Below, piece after piece: positions 29,998 through 40,500 of a DNA stretch of 64,000 bases. The notes beneath the pieces are model-generated. The model searched no databases. It saw only the letters and a list, made by a program, of their open reading frames with translations, and was not told the origin of the DNA. This DNA is from Candidatus Poribacteria bacterium (GTDB lineage Bacteria > Poribacteria > WGA-4E > PCPOR2b): the NCBI GenBank assembly GCA_965215015.1, contig OZ244042.1, forward strand, positions 128,001 through 192,000. Reading direction: 5' to 3'. Each line of letters opens with the position of its first letter. Position 1 is the stretch's first letter. The position numbers were made by a program, and so were the translations under genes.

Positions 29998-31209
29998 ATG
30001 TCAGAAAAACACATCATCAAGGACATTCGGATAGCACCGGTCGAAACGTACTTCGGTGCTCCTGGTATTGGCAGAATCGTTGGGCGTAACTCGAAGGGTG
30101 AAAACTATGGCCACAATCAGCGTGAATGGCTGGTACAAGTAACCACCGACAGTGGTCTCACCGGTGTAACCAACGCAAGACCAGCGATGAACCGTGGCAA
30201 ATTGACAGCACTTTACGCCACACTCCAGTTGCTGGTAGATCGAGACGTATTCGACTTTTATCGCGTGAGCGGAGGTCGTGTGATAGGTGTGAACCCTCGC
30301 TGGGAGGAATTACTGCGAGAGAACGGGTTCATCGATTTCGTCATCTTTGACCTGATGGGTAGGGCACTGGATGTTCCTGCGTATCGTCTGCTGGGCAACC
30401 GGGTTCGTGATTGGGTTGAGAGCTACGACTCCACCCTTTACTTCCAGGATCTAGTGCACCCCGAAGCGGGTGCCAGGGCCGTGGCGCGTGAAGCGAAGGC
30501 CGCCATCGCCAACGGTTGGCGAGCAATAAAGTTGAAACTCGGTCGACCGGGGCGCTGGTTTGAACCGAATGCCGGCGTAGCGCGTGACATTGAAGTCGTG
30601 CACGCCGTGCGGGAAGCAGTTGGGCCAGAAATTAAAATCCTTGTTGACGCAAACAACGGTTACGATGACAAATTGCCGCTCTTGGAAACCTTTGTGTGTG
30701 AAACAGCCTCGGACAAGATTTTCTGGATGGAAGAGATGGTCACTGAAAATGTGGCAGACTACCGAAAACTCAAGGAGTGGCGGGACCAATGGTCCCCAGA
30801 GACGATGCTCGTAGATGGCGAGGGCCATCGAGGCCGCAATACCATTTACTGGCAGTTGATGGAGGCGGGTCTACTGGATGGTATACAGCCTGACATGCTG
30901 GACATGGGTTTTTGGCCATACCACACGCTCGCCCGCGACATCGAAGATTCCGGTTATGCGACGAAGATTTGTCCGCACAACTACAACGCTGCAGCGATTG
31001 GTCTGCGCGGTGATATCCAGTTCGGCGCGGTGACTGAGCGGTTTGTTATTGCTGAAGATTCGACCCTGCATTTTGATCTTTACGCCATGCAGGGATACGA
31101 GTTTGAAAACGGCTGTTACCAGGTGCCTTCCGCGCCGGGATTAGGGATAGAAATTGATCAGGAACGCTATGATCGGGTTTACCGCCAGCACGAAACCGCG
31201 GTGAGGTAG
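29998..31209 (+). CDS. Mandelate racemase/MLE family, paralog 2
   Basis: KLK, VDAN, WMEE, DGE, PHN, PGLG; shares YDxTLYFQD with paralog 1. Confidence 0.88.
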   Translation: MSEKHIIKDIRIAPVETYFGAPGIGRIVGRNSKGENYGHNQREWLVQVTTDSGLTGVTNARPAMNRGKLTALYATLQLLVDRDVFDFYRVSGGRVIGVNPRWEELLRENGFIDFVIFDLMGRALDVPAYRLLGNRVRDWVESYDSTLYFQDLVHPEAGARAVAREAKAAIANGWRAIKLKLGRPGRWFEPNAGVARDIEVVHAVREAVGPEIKILVDANNGYDDKLPLLETFVCETASDKIFWMEEMVTENVADYRKLKEWRDQWSPETMLVDGEGHRGRNTIYWQLMEAGLLDGIQPDMLDMGFWPYHTLARDIEDSGYATKICPHNYNAAAIGLRGDIQFGAVTERFVIAEDSTLHFDLYAMQGYEFENGCYQVPSAPGLGIEIDQERYDRVYRQHETAVR

Positions 31210-31218
31210 ACAACCGCG

Positions 31219-31244
31219 GTGTCGAGATGTGAATCTCGACCTAC
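31219..31244 (-). repeat. GTAG-type REP-like hairpin between convergent genes
   Basis: Minus strand GTAG-GTCGAGAT-TCAC-ATCTCGAC. Confidence 0.6.
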
Positions 31245-31321
31245 ACGGCACGTCACTCTTACCAAAATTCATGAGGACCGCAAGATTTCTGTCTCGCGCG
31301 AATCAAGAGTTAAATCACTGA

Positions 31322-32281
31322 TTAGGGAACCTGTGCGCCTTGCGTTTCTACGTAGACGGAGTAAATAGATTGGCTGCCGGTCATGAACAGCCGGTTCCGC
31401 TTGACGCCGCCGAAGCATACATTGGAACAGACCTCCGGGAGATGGATCTTGCCGATGAGATCGCCATCAGGGGCGAAAATATGCACGCCATCGAACCCCT
31501 CACCGACCCAACCCGCACTTGACCAAAGATTGCCATCAATGTCACAGCGGATACCGTCCGCGAACCCTGATCCCATGTCGCAGAACGGTCTACCGTTTGC
31601 CAAGCGGGCGTTATCCACCACATCATAGACATAGATGTGACTCGGATGATCAGGGGCGTGTGAGATGCCGGTGTCAGAGATATAGAGTCTGGAAAAGTCA
31701 GGCGAGAAACACAGACCGTTCGGTTTGTCGAGTTCATCCGTGACGACTGCCGCTTCGCCGGTATCCGGGTCCAGGCGATAGACATTAGTTGGCAACTCAA
31801 ACTCAGCTCGGTGCCCTTCATAGTTCATAAGGATGCCGTACCCAGGGTCGGTGAACCAGATATGTCCATCCGGATGGACGACCACATCATTCGGAGCGTT
31901 CAACCGCCCTCCCTCAAAACTGTCGATGAGTACCGTGACGCTACCATCATACTCGGTACGAGTCACCCGACGCGTGCCGTGTTCGCAGGTGACGAGCCGT
32001 CCCTGTTTGTCGCGGGTGTTGCCGTTACTATTGTTAGAAGGGCTGCGGAAAACGCTAACTTCACCCGTTTCTTCGCTCCAGCGCATTATCCGGTTGTTCG
32101 GAATGTCACTGAAAAGCAGATAGCGACCATCCCCGAACCAAACCGGCCCCTCCGCCCATCGCGCTCCTGTCCACAACCGTTCTACTGCCGCGTTACCGAT
32201 TTTGTATTTGGAGAAATATGGGGCAATTCCCTCAATGGAGGGGTCTGGATACCTGACGATATTTTGATTCCAATCTCTCAT
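31322..32281 (-). CDS. SMP-30/gluconolactonase
   Basis: AEGPVW, PNDV, PNGLCFSPD, DGIRCD. Confidence 0.93.
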   Translation of the reverse strand: MRDWNQNIVRYPDPSIEGIAPYFSKYKIGNAAVERLWTGARWAEGPVWFGDGRYLLFSDIPNNRIMRWSEETGEVSVFRSPSNNSNGNTRDKQGRLVTCEHGTRRVTRTEYDGSVTVLIDSFEGGRLNAPNDVVVHPDGHIWFTDPGYGILMNYEGHRAEFELPTNVYRLDPDTGEAAVVTDELDKPNGLCFSPDFSRLYISDTGISHAPDHPSHIYVYDVVDNARLANGRPFCDMGSGFADGIRCDIDGNLWSSAGWVGEGFDGVHIFAPDGDLIGKIHLPEVCSNVCFGGVKRNRLFMTGSQSIYSVYVETQGAQVP

Positions 32282-32413
32282 AGGTCCTGTTTTCCTCTGT
32301 TAAACTTAATCTGTGTTAGTTGTCTACGATTTCACTACACCAATAGCTTTCCAAAACACAATTCTAAACCAAACTCCCATATAAAATCAAGGATTTCTAC
32401 AGAGTAAACAACC

Positions 32414-33499
32414 TTATTGCTTGGCGGCGAGAATCAATGACTCGGCAACTTTTATGAGTTCATCTTGATGGAGCTCACCCATCACCGTAAAATTCACATC
32501 CGAAATAGACCACTGTAGAATATGTGTTGGGCCGCGCTTTTCGTGCCGAGCTTCTATTCCCTGTATCTGTAAGTGTTCCACACCCTTCGTTTTACTATTC
32601 CGGTTATTTCCCTGTTTACTTTTCGACTCGAACACCGTAAACGTCAGCATACCGTCCGTGTATCGCAGATAAACTGTGTCCGAACGATGTTTGAAATATC
32701 GAGTCTCTAGGAGCTGAAAACCGGACGGAAAATAAGTCGGTTCGATAAGTTTACCCCCCAGGACCGTCTTTGCCTCGTCAAGCGTGATTGACTGACTTCG
32801 GCGACGCCTTTTTTCAATCGGAAATTTTTCGTCACGGCGCCATTCGGCTAATTTCTGCTGTATTGCCTCCGCCTCGAAGCTAATCTGTATGTAGACAGAC
32901 ATAAAACGGAGGTTCCCGTCTGAGTCAAAGTCTTCAATTCGCAAGATAACCCCCGTATCGTGTGCCAGGTAAAGGCGTTTTGTCGGCCGTGCCTCAAATC
33001 GTGGAGAAACCGTTACCAAATCGGTTTTCTGCCCAGCGATCGGATCCGCGGGAGTAGAATCAAATGTATAGTTTTGCGAGAGCAGCTCAACTTCTTTTTG
33101 AGAGAGGGTTCCCATCCGTTTTCGATCCAACCAAAACCTTCTTCGATCCCGGCGCCTTTCGTCTCGTTTGCCATCCCGCCAATTTCGATCGTTGTCTTTG
33201 CGGGGTTCTTGACCGTCAAGTTTTAAGGAGCGGCCATCTTCCAAGACTGACAATACTGTGACGGCATGAATCTCTGGAGGTTGATGGAGGACAGCTTCCT
33301 CACGAGCGGTTGTCCCACGGGGCGTATTCATAACAATCATGCGAGTGCCAACGTAGGCAACATTCTCTTCTGCGTTCATTATGCGCTTGAGGACCTGTAG
33401 TGACTCAGGTGATGCCTCTGCAATCGCGTTCGTTGTCAAAATCAGCAGCATAAACACGATTGATAATAACCATCCTACGGCTCTTGGCTTCAAAATCAT
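32414..33499 (-). CDS. MucB/RseB-like periplasmic sigma-E regulatory protein
   Basis: Signal peptide; LSQNY, IAG, TGVILR, PTYFPSGF, YTDGMLTFTVFE, VMGEL. Confidence 0.8.
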   Translation of the reverse strand: MILKPRAVGWLLSIVFMLLILTTNAIAEASPESLQVLKRIMNAEENVAYVGTRMIVMNTPRGTTAREEAVLHQPPEIHAVTVLSVLEDGRSLKLDGQEPRKDNDRNWRDGKRDERRRDRRRFWLDRKRMGTLSQKEVELLSQNYTFDSTPADPIAGQKTDLVTVSPRFEARPTKRLYLAHDTGVILRIEDFDSDGNLRFMSVYIQISFEAEAIQQKLAEWRRDEKFPIEKRRRRSQSITLDEAKTVLGGKLIEPTYFPSGFQLLETRYFKHRSDTVYLRYTDGMLTFTVFESKSKQGNNRNSKTKGVEHLQIQGIEARHEKRGPTHILQWSISDVNFTVMGELHQDELIKVAESLILAAKQ

Positions 33500-33504
33500 A
33501 ACTG

Positions 33505-34044
33505 TTAATCTCCTAAATGAACTTCCAGAAGAAGGTCTGTGTTATCTTCAACCGTGCGATCCGGTATATTGGTGTCTACGCCAAATGAATCCACAACAGC
33601 GTACGAGTACAGTGGATTGTATGCAGTGTCCTCAGTATGAACTGTCAGGTAAAAATCGAGCGGATCGGAGGTATATGTGTCTTCGGAGCCCGGCATCATC
33701 AGATTGAAATAGACAAGTGCCAAAACCAAGCCAATCGTCACCAATGCCCCAAGGCCGCTGACTGCGGGGCGGCCTCCCCAATCCCAGAGTTCGCTAAAGC
33801 TGGGGAAAAGCCTCCGTCGAACGGGCCCTCGGTCTGCCAATTGTGGCAGGACTGTATCCGCAATTGGGGGAGCTTCGTGCGCTAACGCACCAATCCACTG
33901 ACGATTTCGTTGAAAATCAGCAAGTATCTCCGTGCACTCATGACAGTTGCTCAGATGTGTTTCAACGATTGTGCGTTGTCCCGGGCTTAACTCATTGTCA
34001 AAATATGCAGACAGCTGGTTTTGAATGCAATCATGATTCTTCAT
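33505..34044 (-). CDS. zf-HC2 anti-sigma factor
   Basis: LSAYFDNEL..HLSNCHEC zinc finger plus one TM helix. Confidence 0.88.
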   Translation of the reverse strand: MKNHDCIQNQLSAYFDNELSPGQRTIVETHLSNCHECTEILADFQRNRQWIGALAHEAPPIADTVLPQLADRGPVRRRLFPSFSELWDWGGRPAVSGLGALVTIGLVLALVYFNLMMPGSEDTYTSDPLDFYLTVHTEDTAYNPLYSYAVVDSFGVDTNIPDRTVEDNTDLLLEVHLGD

Positions 34045-34078
34045 TGTAATACCCTTATCAAGAAACCTTTCTGATGTC

Positions 34079-34978
34079 TCAGTTCCGATGGTCTTCCAGT
34101 TTGATGATTTCTCCATTTTCTTGGGCAATGTACATAAACCCCATTTTGTCGATTACAATCCCTTCCTGGTCATGCCCCGGTATCAGGTATTGACGGCGTA
34201 CGTGCCCATCCAGCGTCACCTCCTGCAACAGGTTGGTGGTATCGCTCATTACAAGCAAACACTGACGCTCTTGATCGTAGGCAAGCCCGGAGATGTCAAT
34301 GATTGAGAGTGCAAAAAAGCGAGAAATCTGTCCTTCTACTGGCTTTGCCCCGATTTTATCAGTACCCGAAGTCGCTTTTGATGAAACAAGTGGCACAACG
34401 ACTTCACAAATAACTGAGGGCTCTTTCCCCGGCTTGAGGCTGAAAGATTGATTTCCGACCCAGAATATCCCGCCTTCGGGATGGAAAGCATTCGGAATAA
34501 ACGTGATTGCTTCCAATCCCATGCCTCCCTTTTTCAGTAGTTCACGTCCCTCAAAATTTCGGTTGACTCCGAACTTCCGAGTGATACGGAAAGTTTGCGG
34601 AGCAATCTCAAGGATTGCCTCATCACCTTCGACTACGGCGTATAGGAACCCTGTCTCCGGATGGACCGTAATTCCTTCGATGTCGGTGTGTTTTAAATAC
34701 CCCGTTCTTACCAATCCCCCATCGGTCCGTATTTCATAGATATCTCCCTCATCGCCGACAACAAACACAGTTTGGCGTTGTGGGTGATAGGCAGCCCCCG
34801 ATAGCTCACGCATCGGAATTGGGGCAATATTACCGATTGACTCGTGTGGCAGCTGAATCGGTGCCAATCCAGTTAATGGGTTCTGTTTATGTGCAAACCG
34901 CTGGGTCTGGCGCAGCAAGAATATCAGCAGCATGCTGACGAAGACAACCAGAATTAGTATAAAGATCTTCTTGCTCAT
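34079..34978 (-). CDS. SdiA-regulated/YjiK-like beta-propeller protein
   Basis: ELSGAAY, DIEGIT, GLEAIT, ISGLAY, QEGI repeats; start MSKKIF. Confidence 0.8.
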   Translation of the reverse strand: MSKKIFILILVVFVSMLLIFLLRQTQRFAHKQNPLTGLAPIQLPHESIGNIAPIPMRELSGAAYHPQRQTVFVVGDEGDIYEIRTDGGLVRTGYLKHTDIEGITVHPETGFLYAVVEGDEAILEIAPQTFRITRKFGVNRNFEGRELLKKGGMGLEAITFIPNAFHPEGGIFWVGNQSFSLKPGKEPSVICEVVVPLVSSKATSGTDKIGAKPVEGQISRFFALSIIDISGLAYDQERQCLLVMSDTTNLLQEVTLDGHVRRQYLIPGHDQEGIVIDKMGFMYIAQENGEIIKLEDHRN

Positions 34979-35010
34979 CTCTGACGCGCCTTTATCAACT
35001 TTTGCCAAAA

Positions 35011-35100
35011 GGTTTACTGTTGTTCCAGCTTCACCGTTCGTAGTAGCGCAATTCATTGCGCGTCTAAAAACCAAACGGTTTACTGTTGTTCCAGCTTCAC
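35011..35100 (+). repeat. REP hairpin (35040-35063) flanked by a 24-bp direct duplication of the DUF4956 gene end
   Basis: GGTTTACTGTTGTTCCAGCTTCAC at 35011-35034 and 35077-35100. Confidence 0.9.
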
Positions 35101-35736
35101 ACCGGTAATGTTTTCTAGTGCAGAAAGCTCTTGAACAAAACTGGTCCAACGGTCCGAATCTTTCAGTTTTACATGAAATTTCAGTTCGGCAGTTCCCGAT
35201 TTTGTTGTTCTCTGACCGATGAGTTGACTTGCTGTCAACTGCTCATTAAAAATTGATTCGTGATTCTGCCGATCCTCGGACGCAAGCGGCACCTGGAAGG
35301 TCAGTAGAAATTCTCTATCATTGGATGCAGCCGTATGCCAACGGTGGAGTCCAATAATAACGACGCTTATAAGGAACGTCGCAATTACAGCCACAGGCGG
35401 ATTGCCAGCACCGATTGCCATACCAACAGCCAACGAGAAAAAGACAAAGGCGATGTCTCGCGCATCCTGAACCACGGTGCGAAAGCGGATGATTGACAGG
35501 GCACCCACGAGGCTGAAGGCACGGGCAACACTATCACCAATCACCACCATGACGACAGCAATAAGCATACAAAGAATAATTAGTGCATCGGTCATCGAGT
35601 CTTCCGCTATATTGGCAGTCCACCGATAAACAGTGGCAATGACCAGACCCAGTGCAAATGCGAGTAACAGGTTGAAAACAATTATCCCTAGCGTTGCAAG
35701 GGAGTATGGCGCAAAAATTTCCCGGATTATGTCCAT
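35080..35736 (-). CDS. DUF4956 membrane protein
   Basis: VIGDSVARAFSLVGALSIIRFRT..DIAFVF..AVGMAIG. Confidence 0.9.
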   Translation of the reverse strand: MDIIREIFAPYSLATLGIIVFNLLLAFALGLVIATVYRWTANIAEDSMTDALIILCMLIAVVMVVIGDSVARAFSLVGALSIIRFRTVVQDARDIAFVFFSLAVGMAIGAGNPPVAVIATFLISVVIIGLHRWHTAASNDREFLLTFQVPLASEDRQNHESIFNEQLTASQLIGQRTTKSGTAELKFHVKLKDSDRWTSFVQELSALENITGVKLEQQ

Positions 35737-35931
35737 TGGTCGACTGGTTTCCTAACGAATTTCCCTATCTTCTATTCGAGCCGTTTGCGCCCGTTAGATA
35801 GTCCTTTGAGCGTACCGGATTTGATTTATTAGGCAGATAGACTTCACATTAGTTCAAAAAAAATGGGAGAAACCCAAAAAATCTCGGTAAATCTCTATTC
35901 ACACCTATTAGCTGCATTGAATTGCACAAAA

Positions 35932-38900
35932 CTAACGCATTGATAGCTTTGTGTCACCAATCTTCCGGCGCAGTACGACACCCCATTGTCCAACGATCCA
36001 GAGCGTATTCCCTTCTTTCGCACGGACTATCCGGTACAAGTCATTCCCGATATCGGTATGTTCTTGTTCCCATGTGTCTCCACCATCGGCTGAGTAGAGA
36101 ATTGTGCCTTTGCTGCCGACAGCGTAAATTTCGTCCTTAGACAGCGCGGTGACACTGTAGAGGTCCGTCGTGATGCCACTGGATAGCGGTTCCCACTTAA
36201 ATCCGCCGCCGGTGGTTCGGAGAATGATACCGTAACGGCCCACCGCCCAACCTTTACGCTTGGTGATGAATGAGACATCATATAGGTCGTAGCCCGTATC
36301 TGTTTCATGAAATTTCCAGTAACCCCCGCCATTGATGGTGCGTTGAACGATACCGTCATCGCCCACCGCCCAGCCAAGCGGTGCATACTTCATATCGATT
36401 CCGTGAAGATCTGTGCCGGTGGAGGTCCGTTGCGGTGTCCAGATGGGACCGCCATCCTGATTGTGGATAATCTGCCCATCCCCGCCAGCTGCCCAGCCTT
36501 CAGAGAACTGTCTAAAAGCGACATCGTTGATTGTGAAAGGTCTCGGCGGGTCATCTTCGAGGAAGCCAGGACGCATGGGGGTCTGTCCGGCCGACCAATT
36601 TGAACCATCAGTTGTGTAGAGGACTGTGCCGTCACGTTGCATTGCCCAACCCCATTTCGGGTCGAGACTGGGGAAGTGGACACCAATCAATCGCTGACGT
36701 GCTCCACTTTTCAGCGTAGTCCATGTAGCCCCACCATCCTGCGTCTCCAGCAACAAGCCATTATCGCCGGCGATCCAGCCCTGTTGGTCATCGAGAAACA
36801 GCACATCTCGGAAATCATCTAGTTGTTCACCGAGTTGCCGTTCCCATGTCTTTCCACCGTCTGCGGTGTGAAAGATATGCCCTGCGTCCCCAGCCGCCCA
36901 CGCAATCTGGTCGTTGACGAAATAGATGTTGTTAATTAAACGATTCCCCCGTGCTCTGCCACGTCGCAGTCGCTCTTGTTGGGCAGCCCGCTGCTGTCCC
37001 TGTGCCCTGTTAGAAGGTTGAACGTTTTCGCCACCGAGATCGCCTTCTGGTGTGAAACGTCCGGCGCGTTGACGTCTATCGCTCATCCGCGTTTGGAACT
37101 GTTCTGCAAAGTCCTCATCCCATTCTGGGGTGTCGGTGTCCCTGAATTGATCAGCGGCACCATTGTCCGATTCTCCTCCCTCATTGATCCAGAGCGCGAA
37201 CCAATCGATATCCTCTCCGTCTGCGTCTGCAATCCCAGAGTTGACTGAACTTTCATGCTGTGGAACGTTCGTCCCTTCCCACGTTTGACCACCATTGCGT
37301 GTGATGAAGAGGGTGCCATCCCTTCCGAGAGCCCACGCTTCTTTGTGATTTTGGAAGGTTATCCGACCAATTCGTTGAGGGGGCCATCCGCTATCCGAAT
37401 CGGACAGAACGCGTTTCCAAGTTGTGCCTCCATCATCGGTTACGATTGATACACCATTCGTCAACACGACCCATCCTGATTTTGAGTCAGCAAAATGAAC
37501 GGCGATGGCAGGTTGGTTAGTGTTGTCGAGAACTTTCCAGTAGTTCCCCCCATCAGTGGTATGCAGAATGACTCCGCCTTCCCTCATCCCGCCGTTGAGG
37601 CGTTCCCGCAGGACCGCCCAGCCTTCGAGGCTATTGATGAAATGGAGATCGACAATCGGCTGCTCATTCATTCCGGTTTGCTGTCGTTTCCACGTCAACC
37701 CCCCATCGGTGGTGTGGAGCATCTCTGCAGCACCGACCCCTAGCCACCCCTCTTTGGGGTTAATAAACTGCATTGTGTTGACACGCCGGAAATTTTGTAG
37801 AACACCTCTCACTACCTGCCATGTGTTCCCACCATCTTCGGTGCGGAGCAGCATACGACTGCCTGTAATCCAGCCATGCGATTTATCGACGAACATGACC
37901 TGATGCAGATTCGCTTCGACACTGCTATGTTGCGGCAGCCATGTTTCTCCGCCATCGATTGTGTGTGCGATAACACCGCCTCTCCCGACCGTCCAACCGG
38001 TCCGCTTATCAAGGAAGTAGGTATCTGAAAAATCGGTCTGCCATGTGGCGCGCCGGATAATATCCCAATGGTAGGTTACCTCCTCCACTGTTACCTCTTC
38101 TTCAGGGGGTTCCTCTACAATCTTTGCGATAGGGGGCAAGGTTACAGGGAGTTGCTCTGGGTCAATCGAATATCGCATCGCTATCCCGCCGCGCCCCACT
38201 ACCACCATCCCTTCCGGTGAGAGCGAGAATCCCAAGAGATCGTTCTCCGTACCGCTCTCCTGTTTCTCCCATTTTGCGCCACCGTTGGTCGTGGTCAGAA
38301 TCACACCCTTGTCGCCGACGATGATGCCGTGCGAAGTATCCGCGAGGTATACCTTGTTCAGATTCTCCTCAACACCGCTTGGTTGAAACCTCCATGTTTG
38401 ACCCCCATCTTTTGTATGCAGAATCTCACCGAACTGACCGACAATCCAACCGTTGCTACTGTCCGTAAAGTGAACCGCGTACAGTTCGTTGAAGGTTCCA
38501 GAGGTCTGGGACGTCCATGATAACCCACCGTTCGTCGTGTGATAGACAACCCCGGGCCAACCGACCACCCAACCCTCTTTCTCGTTCAGGAAGAAGGCAC
38601 CTTTGAGCGAGTTAAATTCGGTTGGCGTCTGGGGCACCCACGATGCGCCACCATCAGCGGTATGCACGACTGTGCCGAGTTCACCGACTGCCCAACCCTT
38701 CTTCCGCGTCACAAAGTAAACACCGTTAAGCATGTGATCCGCACCGGCGTATTGACGATCCCATGTCCGGCCACCATCGGTGGTGTGGGCAATCATGTTG
38801 CGCTCGCCAATCAACCAACCCTCTTTGTCAGAAATAAAGAAAACGTTGCGGATATTATCCCAGATATCAGTATCAACCTCCTCCCACGTCTCCCCACCGT

Positions 38901-39996
38901 CTTCCGATACCACAATGGCACCGCGTTGTCCGACAGCGATTGCACGGTTCTCCGAGGTGAACTGGATGTTTTCTAGATCGTTTGCTGTGGTGCCGCTCCT
39001 CATCGTCCACGTATTCCCGCCATCTGTCGAGTGCATAATTGTGCCGTGCCAACCGACCGCCCACGCTGCAGTCTGACCCGTGAACTGAACAGCCATCAGG
39101 TTGTTTTCTGTGATACTCTCTAATAGACGCCAGTTATCACCACCATCTTCGGTGAACGTGATAAATCCGATGTCAGCGACTGCCAGACCCCGTTTGTTAT
39201 CGGCGAAGTGGATGCCGTTGAGGGTTTCCTTGACGTGACCGTTGATATTCGGGATACGACTATCTTGCATATCCCACTGTGCACCCCCGTTCTGTGTACG
39301 GAAAATGGAACCGTCCGTGCCCGCCATCCAGCCTTCATTCTCATTCACAAAAACAACGCGCCGGTTGTCGTTCACCAATCGGGTTCGTGCAAATTGGTGT
39401 CGGGTGGTCTGCTCTCGCCATGTCTTCCCGCCATCGTTCGTGCGAAGGATACGCTCATATTCGCCGACGACCCAGCCTCGCTGATCATCGACAAACCAGA
39501 CGCCGTTGAGGGAAAAGTCACTCACATAACTCTGGCGTTCCCACGTCTTTCCGCCGTTCTTTGTGGCAATTACATAGTTATCTTCCCCTACAACCCACCC
39601 CTCGTCAGAGTTAGCGAAGACAACATCTCTGAGCATACCGGACGCGTTGCTGTCCTGGAGATACCAGTATCTGCCCCCATCATCGGTCGCGGCGATGACA
39701 CCGTTGTCACCCACAACCCAACCGTATTTTAGATTCGTAAAATAGACAGCTTTGAGATCCTCTGTCGTGCCGACTTCTTGGCGGTTCCATGTTTTTCCAC
39801 CATTGTTGGTATGGATGATAAACCCTTTTTCCCCAACAATCCAGCCGTATGTGGGGTTGACGAAGTGGAGGTCTGTGAAATGGGTTTCCCAATCGGCTTT
39901 GCGAGTGACCTCCTGTCTACATCCGATCAGTAGCATAGCTAATGCCAAAGTGATTGTTACGCATTGATAGATGCGTTGAAAAATCCGTTTCATCAA
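35932..39996 (-). CDS. Large YCF48-related BNR/Asp-box repeat lipoprotein
   Basis: Lipobox LIGC; more than 20 GWxVG..TxDGGxTW repeats. Confidence 0.9.
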   Translation of the reverse strand: MMKRIFQRIYQCVTITLALAMLLIGCRQEVTRKADWETHFTDLHFVNPTYGWIVGEKGFIIHTNNGGKTWNRQEVGTTEDLKAVYFTNLKYGWVVGDNGVIAATDDGGRYWYLQDSNASGMLRDVVFANSDEGWVVGEDNYVIATKNGGKTWERQSYVSDFSLNGVWFVDDQRGWVVGEYERILRTNDGGKTWREQTTRHQFARTRLVNDNRRVVFVNENEGWMAGTDGSIFRTQNGGAQWDMQDSRIPNINGHVKETLNGIHFADNKRGLAVADIGFITFTEDGGDNWRLLESITENNLMAVQFTGQTAAWAVGWHGTIMHSTDGGNTWTMRSGTTANDLENIQFTSENRAIAVGQRGAIVVSEDGGETWEEVDTDIWDNIRNVFFISDKEGWLIGERNMIAHTTDGGRTWDRQYAGADHMLNGVYFVTRKKGWAVGELGTVVHTADGGASWVPQTPTEFNSLKGAFFLNEKEGWVVGWPGVVYHTTNGGLSWTSQTSGTFNELYAVHFTDSSNGWIVGQFGEILHTKDGGQTWRFQPSGVEENLNKVYLADTSHGIIVGDKGVILTTTNGGAKWEKQESGTENDLLGFSLSPEGMVVVGRGGIAMRYSIDPEQLPVTLPPIAKIVEEPPEEEVTVEEVTYHWDIIRRATWQTDFSDTYFLDKRTGWTVGRGGVIAHTIDGGETWLPQHSSVEANLHQVMFVDKSHGWITGSRMLLRTEDGGNTWQVVRGVLQNFRRVNTMQFINPKEGWLGVGAAEMLHTTDGGLTWKRQQTGMNEQPIVDLHFINSLEGWAVLRERLNGGMREGGVILHTTDGGNYWKVLDNTNQPAIAVHFADSKSGWVVLTNGVSIVTDDGGTTWKRVLSDSDSGWPPQRIGRITFQNHKEAWALGRDGTLFITRNGGQTWEGTNVPQHESSVNSGIADADGEDIDWFALWINEGGESDNGAADQFRDTDTPEWDEDFAEQFQTRMSDRRQRAGRFTPEGDLGGENVQPSNRAQGQQRAAQQERLRRGRARGNRLINNIYFVNDQIAWAAGDAGHIFHTADGGKTWERQLGEQLDDFRDVLFLDDQQGWIAGDNGLLLETQDGGATWTTLKSGARQRLIGVHFPSLDPKWGWAMQRDGTVLYTTDGSNWSAGQTPMRPGFLEDDPPRPFTINDVAFRQFSEGWAAGGDGQIIHNQDGGPIWTPQRTSTGTDLHGIDMKYAPLGWAVGDDGIVQRTINGGGYWKFHETDTGYDLYDVSFITKRKGWAVGRYGIILRTTGGGFKWEPLSSGITTDLYSVTALSKDEIYAVGSKGTILYSADGGDTWEQEHTDIGNDLYRIVRAKEGNTLWIVGQWGVVLRRKIGDTKLSMR

Positions 39997-40047
39997 TGTT
40001 CTCCTGATGCGTATTTTGAAGAGGTTATACCGCTTTTAAGGTTAGAC

Positions 40048-40500
40048 TCACTCTGCTGACGCTCCCAAGATTTGATACAATTCAAACTGAGGTGCGCCCG
40101 CCTGTGCCTTCATCCCTTCACCATATTCCCTCAAGGCGGCGGGTGTTGCTGTTATGAGTTTGGCAAAGACCTTCTCATCCGTCAGCTCCGCCATCATCAC
40201 GAAGTCAGGTTGACTGGTGTTTGCCGGTGCCCCTTGTCCCGGGAGTTGCATCCGCTTGAGCGCAGTAATCTTCAACCCCTCAATCCCTTTTGCCGCTGAT
40301 AACAACTTCTCCTTCAGAAGTTGTTCAGCGACCTCCGCATCTCCGGTGGGGGTCAGGTGCAATTTGGCGAAAACTAAGATGGTATATTGGCGCGTATCTT
40401 CCTGTTGTGCTTTAGCTATCAATGATATACCTATTCCCAACATACAAATGAGAATAAGCCCAATACATGCGTTTTTGAAATTGATTCGGTTTATCATCAT
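40048..40500 (-). CDS. Exported hypothetical protein
   Basis: Signal peptide; 150 aa; GAGG RBS. Confidence 0.7.
   Translation of the reverse strand: MMINRINFKNACIGLILICMLGIGISLIAKAQQEDTRQYTILVFAKLHLTPTGDAEVAEQLLKEKLLSAAKGIEGLKITALKRMQLPGQGAPANTSQPDFVMMAELTDEKVFAKLITATPAALREYGEGMKAQAGAPQFELYQILGASAE

Noticed and set aside
34979-35149. N-terminal extension of the SdiA-regulated ORF with a duplicated EAGTTVN
   Set aside because: Read-through of the REP and flanking duplication; the signal-anchor start is at 34978.
35932-39996. Photosystem II assembly factor
   Set aside because: Family-level similarity only; no photosynthesis genes and about four times the length.
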